A stretch of 64,000 nucleotides of DNA from an uncultured Acidobacteriota bacterium. GTDB lineage: Bacteria; Acidobacteriota; JAQAZP01. A program made the position numbers and the translations under genes. The stretch covers positions 256,001 to 320,000 of the forward strand of contig CAWIIB010000001.1 of NCBI GenBank assembly GCA_963836075.1, in the 5' to 3' direction. Positions 19,004 to 28,744 of this stretch are shown piece after piece (the stretch's first letter is position 1; each line of letters starts with the position of its first letter). The notes beneath the pieces were generated by a model. It was not told where the DNA came from and searched no databases. It saw only the letters and a list, made by a program, of their open reading frames with translations.

Positions 19004-20746
19004 TCAATTGCGGTCCGTTGTGGACTGACGGATATCGGCGATGCTCAGCCGTACGGTTTCCCTTCCGCCCCAGCGGTTCAGTTCCAGACGGCCCAGCACG
19101 TCCACGGTGCCGGTGCTGTCCAGCCGCATATTTCCGGACCTCCACCAGACAGCCTCCATGGTCAGTCCGCCACCCCGCAGCATCATTTTGAGGTGCTTGC
19201 CCTTGAGTGGCACCGGCGCGCCGTCCAGCTGCAGGCCGCGGACCAGGAACAGTGGCCGGGGATTGCCCATGCCGAACGGTTCCAGGCGCTCCAGCTGGTC
19301 CAGCAGCTGCCGGTCCAGCTGGTCCAGGCTCGCCTCGACGTCGGCGCGGGCCCGGGGGACCAGCAGGTCGTGGTCCAGCTCCCGGCGGCAATGGCGGTAC
19401 AGGCTGTCCCGCAGCTGGTCCACCTTGCCGGTTTCAAGGCTGAGACCGGCGGCCATGGCGTGCCCGCCGAAACGACGGAGGATACCGCCGCCGGCCTGTT
19501 CCAGGGCGGCAGTGATGTTGAACCCCGAAACCGAGCGGCACGACCCGTGGGCCTCCTCGCCGTCATGGGAAATGACCACTGCTGGACGACCAAAGGTCTC
19601 CACCAGCCTTGAGGCGGCGATGCCGATGACCCCCCGGGGCCACCCGGCACCGTCCAGCACCAGGATCCGCTCCTCCAGCATCCGCGGTGCGGATTCCACC
19701 CTGCTCAACAACAGCTCCACCAGCTCGCTTTCCTGATGGCGGCGGCGACTGTTCAGCAGATCGAGCTGTCTGGCGATCTGCCGCGCTTCGTCATCGTCGC
19801 TGGTCAGAAAGAGCCGCGCCGCCAGCTCCGCCGATCCCAGACGTCCGGCGGCATTGATTCGGGGCCCCAGGTGAAAGGCCACCTGGCCGGCAGTGGGCGC
19901 CTGGCCGTCTTCGATCCCGCTGACCCGCAAAAGTTCGCGCATCCCCGGGCTGGCCGGCAAACTGAGGTGCGGCAACCCCAGCCGTACCAGCAGCCGGTTC
20001 TCATCGCGGAGCGGCACCAGGTCGGCCACCGTGCCCAACGCCGCCATGGAGGCATAGGCGGCAGCGTTGAAGCGGCGGCCCAGACTGAGGTGCAGGGCCT
20101 GGGAGAGCTTGAACGCCAGTCCGGCGCTGCACAACTCCTTGAACGGGTAGTCGCATCCCTGCTGTTTGGGGTTGACCATGGCATGGGCCGCGGGCAGTTC
20201 AGAGCCCGGCAGGTGGTGGTCCAGAATCAACACGTCCACGCCACTCTCGTTGAGCAGGCGCACCGCCTCGATGTCGCTGGTGCCGCAGTCCACCGCGATA
20301 AGCAGACCGTACCCCTCCTCCACCGCTCGCCGGGCCGTGGTGCTGGTCAGGCCGTAGCCGTCATCGATCCGGTGCGGGATGAAAATGCTGACGTTGATGA
20401 ATCCGGTCAGGTCGAGGCTCCGTTTGGTCAGCACGGCGGCGGTCACCCCGTCCACGTCGTAATCCCCGTGAACGAGAATCCTCTCCCCCGTTTCCCGCGC
20501 CCGGAGCAGCCGCTGCACCGCCCGCTCCATTCCGGCCAGAAACCACGGGTCATACAGGTCGCCGGGGAGCGGCTCGGCCAGAACGTCGAGGATCGACGCT
20601 TCGGTGAGAAAGCCCCGAGCCTGGAGTATGGAGGCCAGCAGAGGGTGGAGCCCGGTGCCACGGGCCAGCAGGGCGGCATCACCGCTTCCCGCCGTGGTCC
20701 GAACCTGCCATAATTTTCCGGTGAGCGATAGGGTCTGGTCGCACAT
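19004..20746 (-). CDS. recJ: ssDNA-specific exonuclease RecJ
   Basis: HGDYDVDG, VDCG, LDHH, GTVAD, PRINAAGR, GGHAMAAG. Confidence 0.96.
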   Translation of the reverse strand: MCDQTLSLTGKLWQVRTTAGSGDAALLARGTGLHPLLASILQARGFLTEASILDVLAEPLPGDLYDPWFLAGMERAVQRLLRARETGERILVHGDYDVDGVTAAVLTKRSLDLTGFINVSIFIPHRIDDGYGLTSTTARRAVEEGYGLLIAVDCGTSDIEAVRLLNESGVDVLILDHHLPGSELPAAHAMVNPKQQGCDYPFKELCSAGLAFKLSQALHLSLGRRFNAAAYASMAALGTVADLVPLRDENRLLVRLGLPHLSLPASPGMRELLRVSGIEDGQAPTAGQVAFHLGPRINAAGRLGSAELAARLFLTSDDDEARQIARQLDLLNSRRRHQESELVELLLSRVESAPRMLEERILVLDGAGWPRGVIGIAASRLVETFGRPAVVISHDGEEAHGSCRSVSGFNITAALEQAGGGILRRFGGHAMAAGLSLETGKVDQLRDSLYRHCRRELDHDLLVPRARADVEASLDQLDRQLLDQLERLEPFGMGNPRPLFLVRGLQLDGAPVPLKGKHLKMMLRGGGLTMEAVWWRSGNMRLDSTGTVDVLGRLELNRWGGRETVRLSIADIRQSTTDRN

Positions 20747-20833
20747 CTCAGATGATCCTCTCCGCCGGCCGGGTGCGGCGAACCGGAGTTCTGCGGGGGG
20801 CGGGTTCAGGGAGGGAGGCCGCGGCGCGGTTGG

Positions 20834-21784
20834 TCACTCCATGTTCAGGAAGGCGCCCATCTGCCGGAACTTCTCGTAGCGCTGCTGGAGAAGCTCTTCG
20901 GGCGGCAGTCCGTCCAGGCGGAGGAGATCCTCTTCCAGCTGGTGCCGCAGAGTGGCGCCCATCAGGCTCGGATCGGCGTGGGCGCCGCCCGACGGTTCGG
21001 GAATCACGGTATCCACAATACCCAAACCCTTGAGGTCGGATGAGGTGAACCGCAGGTTCTCGGCCGCTTCCTGGGTCTTGGTCTGGTCCGACCAGAGGAT
21101 GGCGGCGCACCCTTCCGGGGAGATCACCGAGTAGATGGCAAAGTCTAGAATGTTCACCACGTTGCCCACACCCAGGCCCAGCGCCCCACCGCTGCCGCCT
21201 TCGCCGGTGACGGTGACGATGATCGGCACCTTGATCTCCGCCATTTCGCGGAGGTTGAAGGCGATGGCTTCTGCCTGTCCCCGCTCTTCGGCCCCGATTC
21301 CGGGATAGGCGCCGGGGGTGTCGATGAAGGTGAATATGGGACGACCGAACTTTTCGGCCATGCGCATGAGGCGCAGCGCCTTGCGGTAGCCCTCGGGGCA
21401 GGCCATGCCGAAGTTGCGGTGAATGTTCTCCTTGGTGCTCCGGCCCTTCTGGTGGCCCACTACGGCAACCGGACGGCCGTTGAAGGAGGCAAAACCCCCG
21501 ACGATGGCCGGGTCGTCGGCAAACCGCCGGTCACCGTGCAACTCCACAAAGTCGTCGAAGATCATCCCCACGTATTCCAGGGTGTTGGGCCGCATGGGAT
21601 GGCGGGCCACCAGCGCCTTCTGCCAGCGGGTGAGCCGGCCGAAAACCTCCTCGCGGGTTTTCTTCAGCTTCTGCTGCAGCCGTTCCAGCTCCCGCGAACT
21701 CTCCTTGCCGGAAAAACTTGAATGCTCTTCGATCTCCCGGAGAATGTCCCGGATCGGCGCTTCAAAATCGATGGAGTCTTTCAT
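20834..21784 (-). CDS. accA: Acetyl-CoA carboxylase carboxyltransferase alpha subunit
   Basis: ELHGDR, PEGYRKA, IDTPGAYPG, GEGGSGGAL. Confidence 0.96.
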   Translation of the reverse strand: MKDSIDFEAPIRDILREIEEHSSFSGKESSRELERLQQKLKKTREEVFGRLTRWQKALVARHPMRPNTLEYVGMIFDDFVELHGDRRFADDPAIVGGFASFNGRPVAVVGHQKGRSTKENIHRNFGMACPEGYRKALRLMRMAEKFGRPIFTFIDTPGAYPGIGAEERGQAEAIAFNLREMAEIKVPIIVTVTGEGGSGGALGLGVGNVVNILDFAIYSVISPEGCAAILWSDQTKTQEAAENLRFTSSDLKGLGIVDTVIPEPSGGAHADPSLMGATLRHQLEEDLLRLDGLPPEELLQQRYEKFRQMGAFLNME

Positions 21785-21913
21785 CTTGACAACCGCTGCA
21801 CCGCACCGCATCCCGCAGTGGGCTGTTCAATACACTTTGTTTCAGACTGTTGAAGCAAAACCACTTGCGCGGCAGGAGGGTACTTGATGGTCCATGCTTT
21901 TGTCAAGGAAGGC

Positions 21914-24900
21914 TCAGCCCCAGTTATGTCCCCCGTTCTGTCCGAACCGTCCCCCGTTGCCCCGCGCGCCGCTGGTCTGTTGCCAGTCGCTGAGGCGAAT
22001 CTGCCCCGGGTGGTAGTGCACCGAACCCTGCCCCAGGAGGGCCTCCAACTGCCTGGTGGCTTCGGCGGACGGCTTGAGGAAATAGCCGGTGGCCGGCCGC
22101 AGGGTCACCCGGACGCCGCCGGATCGCCGGAAGACGAACTGCAGCGGGACCTTGCCACTGTACCCGGCCAGCATCAACCGCAACCGTTCCAGCACGTTCT
22201 CGCTCAAACCGTCCAGATCGATGGAGACTGACACTGCTCCGGCCAGCTGTTCCGGGGAGGTTTCCAGGGGAAAGATCTTCACCGCCAGCAGCCGGATGTT
22301 CTCCTCCTCGGCGTCCTCCCGCACGGTTTCCCGGGGCGAAGCTGGCCTGCTCTCCGATCGTTCCAGCCGGGCCAGCACCATCACCGCTCGGTCCTTGACC
22401 AGGCTGGCCTTGCAGTCCTCGAACACTTTGGGGAAGACCACCACCTCGTTTCGGCCCTCCAGATCCTCGAGGACGAAGGTGGCCATGGTGTCCCCCTTGC
22501 GGGTTTTCTTCAAGCTCAGGGCGGAGACGATTCCGCCCATGGCCACGGCTTCTTCGGTATCGGCCACCGCCGGCAGGCGCCTGCTGTCGGCGGTGGCAAA
22601 ACGGGAGATGATGTCGGCAAAGTGGGTCAGCGGGTGCCCGGTGACAAAGTAGCCCAACAGCTCCTTCTCGTAGCCCAGCACTTCGGAATCGGGCCACTCC
22701 TCCACCTCGGGCATCTGTTCGGCTTCTTCGGGCCAGCCCGATTCCGGCTGGCCGGCGGTCTCGAACAGCGAGTCCTGTCCCTGTTGCCGGTCGGTCTGCC
22801 GGCGCTGCCCGGCCTCCATGGCCCGGTCGAGCACCGCCCACAACTGGGCCCGCCGGTAGCCGAAGGAATCGAACCCGCCGCAGCGGATCAGACTCTCCAG
22901 CACCCGCCGGTTGTTCAGCCGCAGATCCACCACCTCGAAGAACTGGAAGAAGGAGCTGAACCGGCCGCCCTCCTGCCGGCGGGCCTCGAGGATCGATTCG
23001 ATGGCGCTCTCCCCCACATTCTTCACCGCGGAGAGGCCGAAGCGGATCTTGTCACCGGCCACCGAAAAGTTCATTCCGCTCTCGTTGATGTCCGGCGGCA
23101 GGATCTGGATCCCCATGTCGCGGCACTCGGCGAGATACTCCACCATCTTGTCCGGGGCGTTTCTCTCACTGGTCAGCAGGGCGGCCATGAAGGGCACCGC
23201 ATAGTGCGCCTTGAGGTAGGCCGTCTGGTAGGCCAGCAGCGCGTAAGCCGTGGAGTGCGACTTGTTGAAGCCGTATTCCCCGAATTTGGCGATCAGGTTC
23301 CAGATGGTCTGGGCCTTGGATCGGTTGATTTTCAGTTCGGCCGCGCCCTTTTGAAAATCGAGGGCGATCTTCTCCATTTTCGCCTGCCGCTTCTTCGACA
23401 TCGCCTTGCGCAGGTCGTCGGCCTCCCCCATGGAAAAACCGGCCACCGCCCGGGCGATACGCATCACCTGTTCCTGGTAGACCACGATGCCGTAAGTCTC
23501 CTGGAGGATCTCATCGATCTGGGGCAGCAACGACTTGCTGCGCTTGCCGTGGCGCCGTTCGATGAAGTCGTCCACCATGCCGCCCTGCAGCGGGCCGGGC
23601 CGGTTGAGCGCGTTCACCGCGATGAGATCCTCGAAGCAGTCGGGGCGCAGCCGGCGCAGAATGTCCTGGGCACCCCCCTTCTCGAACTGGAACACGCCGC
23701 CGGTGCGCGCCTCGCAGAGCAACTGGTAGGTCTCCGGGTCGTCGAGGGTCAGTGTGGAGAGGTCGGGGGGAGTCAGCCCGGCCAGCCGGATGTTGTCCAG
23801 GGTGTCCTCGATGACGGTCAGGGTGCGCAGGCCGAGAAAATCCATCTTGAGCAGGCCGATGGCCTCGGCATGGTTCATGGTGAACTGGGTCAGCACGTCT
23901 CCGTTGGTCATGCGGTAGAGCGGGCAGAACTCGGTGATCTCCCGCGGTGCGATAACCACGCCGGCAGCGTGTTTCGAGGCGTGGCGGGCCAGACCCTCCA
24001 GGCGTTGGGCCACGTCCACCAGCCGCTTCACCCGGTCGTCGCTGCGGTAGAGTTTCTTGAATTCCGGCTCGTCGAAACCGTCCTTCACCGTGGCCTTGAG
24101 GTCCAGCGGGATCATCTTGGCGATGCGGTCCACTTCCACGTAGGGGATCTCCAGCACGCGGCCCACGTCGCGGATGGTCTGCCGCGCCTTGAGGGTGCCG
24201 AAGGTGATGATCTGGGCCACGTTGGCGCTGCCGTACTTGGTGCGCACGTGCTCGATGGCCTCGTCGCGCCGCCGCTGGCAGAAGTCGATGTCGATGTCCG
24301 GCATGGAGACCCGTTCGGGGTTGAGGAACCGTTCGAACAGCAGGTTGTACTCCAGCGGATCGAGATCGGTGATCTCCAGGCAGTAGGAGACCAGGCTGCC
24401 CACCGCCGACCCCCTGCCGGGGCCCACGGAGATGCCCTTGAGCCGCGCCTGGTGGATCACGTCCCAGGTGATCAGGAAGTAGCCCGAGAACCCCATCCGC
24501 TTGATCACGCCCACCTCGAGCTGCAGGCGTTCGCGGTATTCGTCGAGACCGTTGCCGTTCCCCACCCGTTTCAGCCGCGCCTCGATGGCAGGCAGGCGCC
24601 TCTGGAACCCCTCGCGCACCCGCTCCTCGAAGTGGCCGTCGATGTCCTGCCCTTCCGGAACGTCGAAGACCGGCAGGTGGTAGGTGTCGTAGTCGAAATC
24701 GAACCCGCAGCGCTCGGCGATCCGGCCGGTGTTCTCCAGGGCCTCGGGCATTTCGGCGAAGAGCAGTCGCATCTCCTCGGGAGACTTGAAATAGAATTCG
24801 GGACTGGGGAAGCGCAGCCGGTCCGTTTCGCTGGCCACCTTGCCGGTCTGGATACAGAGCAGGATGTCGTGAGCCTTGGCGTCGTCGCGGGTCAGGTAGT

Positions 24901-25546
24901 GGCAGTCGTTGGTGGCCACCAGGGGAATGTCCAGCTCGCGGGAAAGTTTGATGAGTCCGGGGTTGGACTCCGCCTCCTCGGGCATCCCATGGTCCTGCAG
25001 TTCGAGGAAGAAGCTGTCGGCGCCGAATATTTCGCGGTAGCGGCCGGCAATCTCCGCGGCCTTTTTCGGGTCGCCCTGGATGATGTGATTGGGCACTTCC
25101 CCGCCGATGCAGGCGCTGAGCGCGATCAGCCCGCCGGAATACTGCTGGAGCAGCTCGTGGTCCACTCGCGGGCGGTAGTGGAACCCCTCGAGGTAGGCCA
25201 GCGAGACCAGTTTGACCAGATTGCTGTAGCCCGCGGCGTTCTCCGCCAGCAGGATAAGGTGGTAAGCCCGCTCCCCGTGAATACGGATGCCGCGGGCGTC
25301 CTGCTTGTCCAGCCGGCTGTGCGGCGAGACGTAGACCTCGCAGCCGATGATCGGCTTCACGCCAGCCGCCGAGGCCGCCTTGTGGAACTCCACCGCGCCG
25401 AAGAGGTTGCCGTGGTCGGTGATCGCCACCGCCGGCTGGCCGAACTTCCGGGCGGTTTCCACCATTTCGTTGATCTTGCAGGCCCCGTCCAGCAAGGAAT
25501 ACTGGGTGTGATTGTGGAGGTGGACGAAATTCGACTGCTGGCTCAT
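21914..25546 (-). CDS. dnaE: DNA polymerase III alpha subunit
   Basis: PHP domain FVHLHNHT..SLLDG, GPGRGSA, PDIDID, KMDFLGL, YGFNKSH and an OB fold. Confidence 0.97.
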   Translation of the reverse strand: MSQQSNFVHLHNHTQYSLLDGACKINEMVETARKFGQPAVAITDHGNLFGAVEFHKAASAAGVKPIIGCEVYVSPHSRLDKQDARGIRIHGERAYHLILLAENAAGYSNLVKLVSLAYLEGFHYRPRVDHELLQQYSGGLIALSACIGGEVPNHIIQGDPKKAAEIAGRYREIFGADSFFLELQDHGMPEEAESNPGLIKLSRELDIPLVATNDCHYLTRDDAKAHDILLCIQTGKVASETDRLRFPSPEFYFKSPEEMRLLFAEMPEALENTGRIAERCGFDFDYDTYHLPVFDVPEGQDIDGHFEERVREGFQRRLPAIEARLKRVGNGNGLDEYRERLQLEVGVIKRMGFSGYFLITWDVIHQARLKGISVGPGRGSAVGSLVSYCLEITDLDPLEYNLLFERFLNPERVSMPDIDIDFCQRRRDEAIEHVRTKYGSANVAQIITFGTLKARQTIRDVGRVLEIPYVEVDRIAKMIPLDLKATVKDGFDEPEFKKLYRSDDRVKRLVDVAQRLEGLARHASKHAAGVVIAPREITEFCPLYRMTNGDVLTQFTMNHAEAIGLLKMDFLGLRTLTVIEDTLDNIRLAGLTPPDLSTLTLDDPETYQLLCEARTGGVFQFEKGGAQDILRRLRPDCFEDLIAVNALNRPGPLQGGMVDDFIERRHGKRSKSLLPQIDEILQETYGIVVYQEQVMRIARAVAGFSMGEADDLRKAMSKKRQAKMEKIALDFQKGAAELKINRSKAQTIWNLIAKFGEYGFNKSHSTAYALLAYQTAYLKAHYAVPFMAALLTSERNAPDKMVEYLAECRDMGIQILPPDINESGMNFSVAGDKIRFGLSAVKNVGESAIESILEARRQEGGRFSSFFQFFEVVDLRLNNRRVLESLIRCGGFDSFGYRRAQLWAVLDRAMEAGQRRQTDRQQGQDSLFETAGQPESGWPEEAEQMPEVEEWPDSEVLGYEKELLGYFVTGHPLTHFADIISRFATADSRRLPAVADTEEAVAMGGIVSALSLKKTRKGDTMATFVLEDLEGRNEVVVFPKVFEDCKASLVKDRAVMVLARLERSESRPASPRETVREDAEEENIRLLAVKIFPLETSPEQLAGAVSVSIDLDGLSENVLERLRLMLAGYSGKVPLQFVFRRSGGVRVTLRPATGYFLKPSAEATRQLEALLGQGSVHYHPGQIRLSDWQQTSGARGNGGRFGQNGGHNWG

Positions 25547-25647
25547 CGCGGCACTGCCCCGTGTCTGTTGCTGGTTGTCTGCTTTCAGGCTCGTTCCCAC
25601 TTTACCGCAACGGGGCACGGGAAGTAAATCCACCGGCCGGGTCATCC

Positions 25648-25676
25648 TTGACATCACCGGGCGGGCATGGTGAAAT
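25648..25676 (+). promoter_or_regulatory. Putative sigma70 promoter of the PQQ-repeat lipoprotein gene
   Basis: TTGACA-17bp-TGAAAT. Confidence 0.5.
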
Positions 25677-25726
25677 CGCCGCCAGTTCGGTCACCCGAAA
25701 GAACCCGACCACCCGAGGAGTGGGAA

Positions 25727-27040
25727 ATGAGATTGGGATCCGCGGCCCTGCTGGTGCTCCTGTTGCTGTCCGGACTGACGTCCGGGTGCCGGCTGTTCAT
25801 CCGCTTGCCTGACGAGATCACCGATCCCCGGATCCGCGAAATTCACGGGCTGGGGGAGATACCCGAAGAGGAGACCTGGTGGCAGACCCGCGATCGGCTG
25901 AAAAAAGAGCAGCAGAAGCTGCTCTTCCGCTTTCCCCTGGACCAGATCTGGAAGCATGAGTTCAACCCCGACCGGGCTCTCTCCTGCGCGCCATTGATCG
26001 ACGGCCGGCGGATCTACCTCACCGAGGCCAAAGAGGGGCTGGTGCTGCTTAACGAGAGGGACGGCATCCCGGTCTGGTCCTATGCCCCGCTCCCCGGTGA
26101 ATCCTGCGGCCCCCTGGTGGCCGCCGACAACCTGCTGGTCTTCGGCACCAGCACCGGCCGCGTCCTGGCCGTGGACCCGGCGGGCCCGCGGCTGGCCTGG
26201 GAATCGGTGCTGGATGAGCCGGCCCCCGGGGCACCGGCCGCGGCGGCAGGCACGGTCTTTTTTCCCACCCCGGGCGGCACACTGCTCGCCCTGCGGTCGT
26301 CCGACGGTTCGCTGCTCTGGCGCTACCGCACCGGCGAACCGATGACCGCCGCTCCCCTGGCCGACGAGACCGGCGGCCGGGTCTTCTGCGGTTCGCTGGA
26401 CGGCACCATGTTCTGTCTCGACGCCGGGAGCGGCGTGGTGCGCTGGCATTATGCGGCCGGCGCACCGATATACGGCGCACCGCTGCTCAGCGAGGGCCTG
26501 CTCTTCTTTGGCGACGACAACGGCCGTTTCCACTGCCTGAAAGCTGAAGACGGGGCGCCTCGCTGGGTCAAGCCCACCGGCGCCGCCATCCGCACCCCGC
26601 CGGCGGTTTTCGAGAAGCGGGTCATTTTCGGCTCGTGGAACGGGTTCCTCTACGTCCTGGACAGCCGCAACGGGCGCACGCGGTGGAAGGCCCAGCTGCC
26701 CAACCGGATCGATATCCCCCCGGTGTGCGTCGATGACCTGGTCCTCGCCGCCTGCCTCCGCTCCCCGGAACTGACCGCCCTCAACCTGAAGGACGGCCGG
26801 TCGGCGGGAAGCTTCAAACTGGAGCACCTGGACGCCTGGTTCACCACTCCGCCCGTGCTCTCCGACGACTACATCCTCTTTGCCGGCACCAGCCGGGGCA
26901 AGCTTCTTGCGCTGCAGGAAATCATCGAGGAGGAGATGTCCGAAGAGGAGGCGTCACGGGCCAGGTTCGAGGAACTGTTGGGGGGGCGGCGCGAGGAGGA
27001 ACAGGGCCCGGGCGATGGTCCCGCCGGGGGCGCCCGCTGA
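25727..27040 (+). CDS. PQQ-like beta-propeller lipoprotein (BamB-like)
   Basis: Lipobox-like LTSGC; repeated AxDxxxGxxxW blades. Confidence 0.8.
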   Translation: MRLGSAALLVLLLLSGLTSGCRLFIRLPDEITDPRIREIHGLGEIPEEETWWQTRDRLKKEQQKLLFRFPLDQIWKHEFNPDRALSCAPLIDGRRIYLTEAKEGLVLLNERDGIPVWSYAPLPGESCGPLVAADNLLVFGTSTGRVLAVDPAGPRLAWESVLDEPAPGAPAAAAGTVFFPTPGGTLLALRSSDGSLLWRYRTGEPMTAAPLADETGGRVFCGSLDGTMFCLDAGSGVVRWHYAAGAPIYGAPLLSEGLLFFGDDNGRFHCLKAEDGAPRWVKPTGAAIRTPPAVFEKRVIFGSWNGFLYVLDSRNGRTRWKAQLPNRIDIPPVCVDDLVLAACLRSPELTALNLKDGRSAGSFKLEHLDAWFTTPPVLSDDYILFAGTSRGKLLALQEIIEEEMSEEEASRARFEELLGGRREEEQGPGDGPAGGAR

Positions 27041-27057
27041 GCCCAATAAGATTCAGG

Positions 27058-27864
27058 TCAGTGGGCGAGGGGGCCGGCCAGCAACTGGTCGAGATCGGTC
27101 TGCCGCAGCAGGATCACATCGGGGTCGTCCGGCTCGAGGGCGATGTTTTCCGGTTGGCCGTCGTCGCGCACGAAGTGGAAGACCCACATCGATTCCGACT
27201 CGCTGTCCCCCTTGCGCCAGATTTTCTGACCCCGGTACGGCTCGGTCCCGGTCACCAGGTAGAGCTTCCGCGGAGTCATCATCATCTCCCGGGGAATGGG
27301 ATTCAGCAGCTGGAGGGCGAACACATCCCGCGGTGACACCTCGTCCAGGCAGAGCATATCCTCCCCCCGCTCCAGGCCGGGTATTTCGCCTTCCGCCGAG
27401 GTCACTTCACCTTCGGCGTCCACCATCTCGAACCAGCGGTCGCTCTCCAGATACCAGGTGATGGGAAAGGAATTGCCCACCAGCGGCCACTCGGCGCCAT
27501 GCAGGTGGACATGCTCCCCTTCCAGCGTTGCCTGGGAAAGCATCTCCAGTATTCTGGCCACGTATACCAGCCCGGCCCGGTTGCCGCTGATCACCATTCC
27601 CAGTTCCGGCGTGTAGTCCATGTGGATCTTCTCGTCGCCGGACCCCGGCACCAGATCCCGCACCACCTCGGCGAAGACCATCTCCTGACCCAGGATGTTG
27701 GAGGCCCGGGAGATGAAGGCGTTACGGTCCAGCGACAGTTTGAGGTTGATGTCGGCGTAGTCGAGGCAGCACTGGTAGGCGTCCTTCCGCGCTGTCGGGT
27801 CCTCCAGGTCATACCCGGAAAGCAGGTCGTGGAGCAGCCCTTCAATATCGATGCGTTCTTCCAT
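27058..27864 (-). CDS. Hypothetical protein with a central Imm32-like segment
   Basis: Plausible 268-aa ORF with its own promoter; ISGNRAGLVYVARIL..LS......HVHL resembles the Imm32 family as recalled. Confidence 0.6.
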   Translation of the reverse strand: MEERIDIEGLLHDLLSGYDLEDPTARKDAYQCCLDYADINLKLSLDRNAFISRASNILGQEMVFAEVVRDLVPGSGDEKIHMDYTPELGMVISGNRAGLVYVARILEMLSQATLEGEHVHLHGAEWPLVGNSFPITWYLESDRWFEMVDAEGEVTSAEGEIPGLERGEDMLCLDEVSPRDVFALQLLNPIPREMMMTPRKLYLVTGTEPYRGQKIWRKGDSESESMWVFHFVRDDGQPENIALEPDDPDVILLRQTDLDQLLAGPLAH

Positions 27865-27938
27865 CTGGAACCCGTTTGATGAGATGGTGCGGTGGCCTGA
27901 TGACCGCCCGCTGTTGCCGATGCAGCGGAATCGCGCCC

Positions 27939-27967
27939 AATATAGACTCCAGCCCCGGGGCTGTCAA
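27939..27967 (-). promoter_or_regulatory. sigma70 promoter of the hypothetical gene
   Basis: TTGACA-17bp-TATATT. Confidence 0.7.
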
Positions 27968-27970
27968 CAA

Positions 27971-28744
27971 TCAGCTGCTCAGGCTGCGGTCTATTTCCCT
28001 GCGGTAATCCTGGCCGTCCATGCGGACGACGTGGCACATCTCGAAGAGCCGTGACCGGAGCCGGTAGCCGATCCTCTCGGCCAGGGTTTCGCCGCCGCCG
28101 GGCCCCGGTTCGTCGAGGTAGTTGGTGGTGATCAGCGTGGTCAGCCGGCGCAGGTAGCGCTGGTTGATGACGAAGTGCAGCGTGTCCAGGACCCAGGGCG
28201 AGGGTTTTTCCGCCCCGAGGTCGTCCAGTACCAGCAGGTCCACGCCCACCACAGGCTGGAGCAGGTCCATCTCCGACGTGCCGGATACCGGATTGTAGCT
28301 GTTCTTGATTTGCCGCAGAAGTTCATGGAAATCGCAGAACCTTCCCCGGGCTGCCTTGCGCAAGGCCAGCTCCTTGAGTAGCGCCACCGCCAGGTGGGTC
28401 TTGCCCACCCCGCAACGGCCCATGAAGAGCAGGCCTTGCTCGATGTCGGGATAGCTCTGGACGAAGCGGCTGGCAATGCCCTTCGCTATCTCCAGCGTCT
28501 CATGGGTGTGGGTATGGAATCCACGTTCCGTGCGGTTTTCCTCGATGGCACAGTCATGGAACCGCGGCGGGATGCCGAGGGACCCCAGCCGGTCGTTGTT
28601 CGGCCGCAGCCGGCAGGAACAACGTGCCGCCCGCTCGAAGCCGTTCTCTTCCACGTAGATATAGCCGGTGCCGCCACAGCGGCTGCAGAGCCCCCCCCCG
28701 GGGGCGCCGCCGGCCCCGCCAACTGCATCCTGTTGATCGTTCAA
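27971..28744 (-). CDS. DnaC/IstB-like AAA+ ATPase with N-terminal Cys motifs
   Basis: CSRCGGTG...CSC, Walker A GRCGVGKTHL, LLVLDDLG, ITTN, RLRSRL. Confidence 0.88.
   Translation of the reverse strand: MNDQQDAVGGAGGAPGGGLCSRCGGTGYIYVEENGFERAARCSCRLRPNNDRLGSLGIPPRFHDCAIEENRTERGFHTHTHETLEIAKGIASRFVQSYPDIEQGLLFMGRCGVGKTHLAVALLKELALRKAARGRFCDFHELLRQIKNSYNPVSGTSEMDLLQPVVGVDLLVLDDLGAEKPSPWVLDTLHFVINQRYLRRLTTLITTNYLDEPGPGGGETLAERIGYRLRSRLFEMCHVVRMDGQDYRREIDRSLSS

Noticed and set aside
22622-25627. 1001-aa + strand ORF, and similar long antisense ORFs (2748-4649, 31238-32797, 47234-48943, 48940-50832, 54634-56637, 57297-59201)
   Set aside because: Shadow frames opposite well-conserved genes, expected with high-GC codon usage; no recognisable motifs.
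25727-27040. Assignment as bamB or a PQQ dehydrogenase
   Set aside because: Only generic propeller repeats; no bam/der synteny and no dehydrogenase catalytic motifs seen.
27971-28744. IstB-like ATPase as an IS21 element or prophage remnant
   Set aside because: No IstA transposase, terminal inverted repeats or phage genes nearby; it is translationally coupled to a sigma factor.
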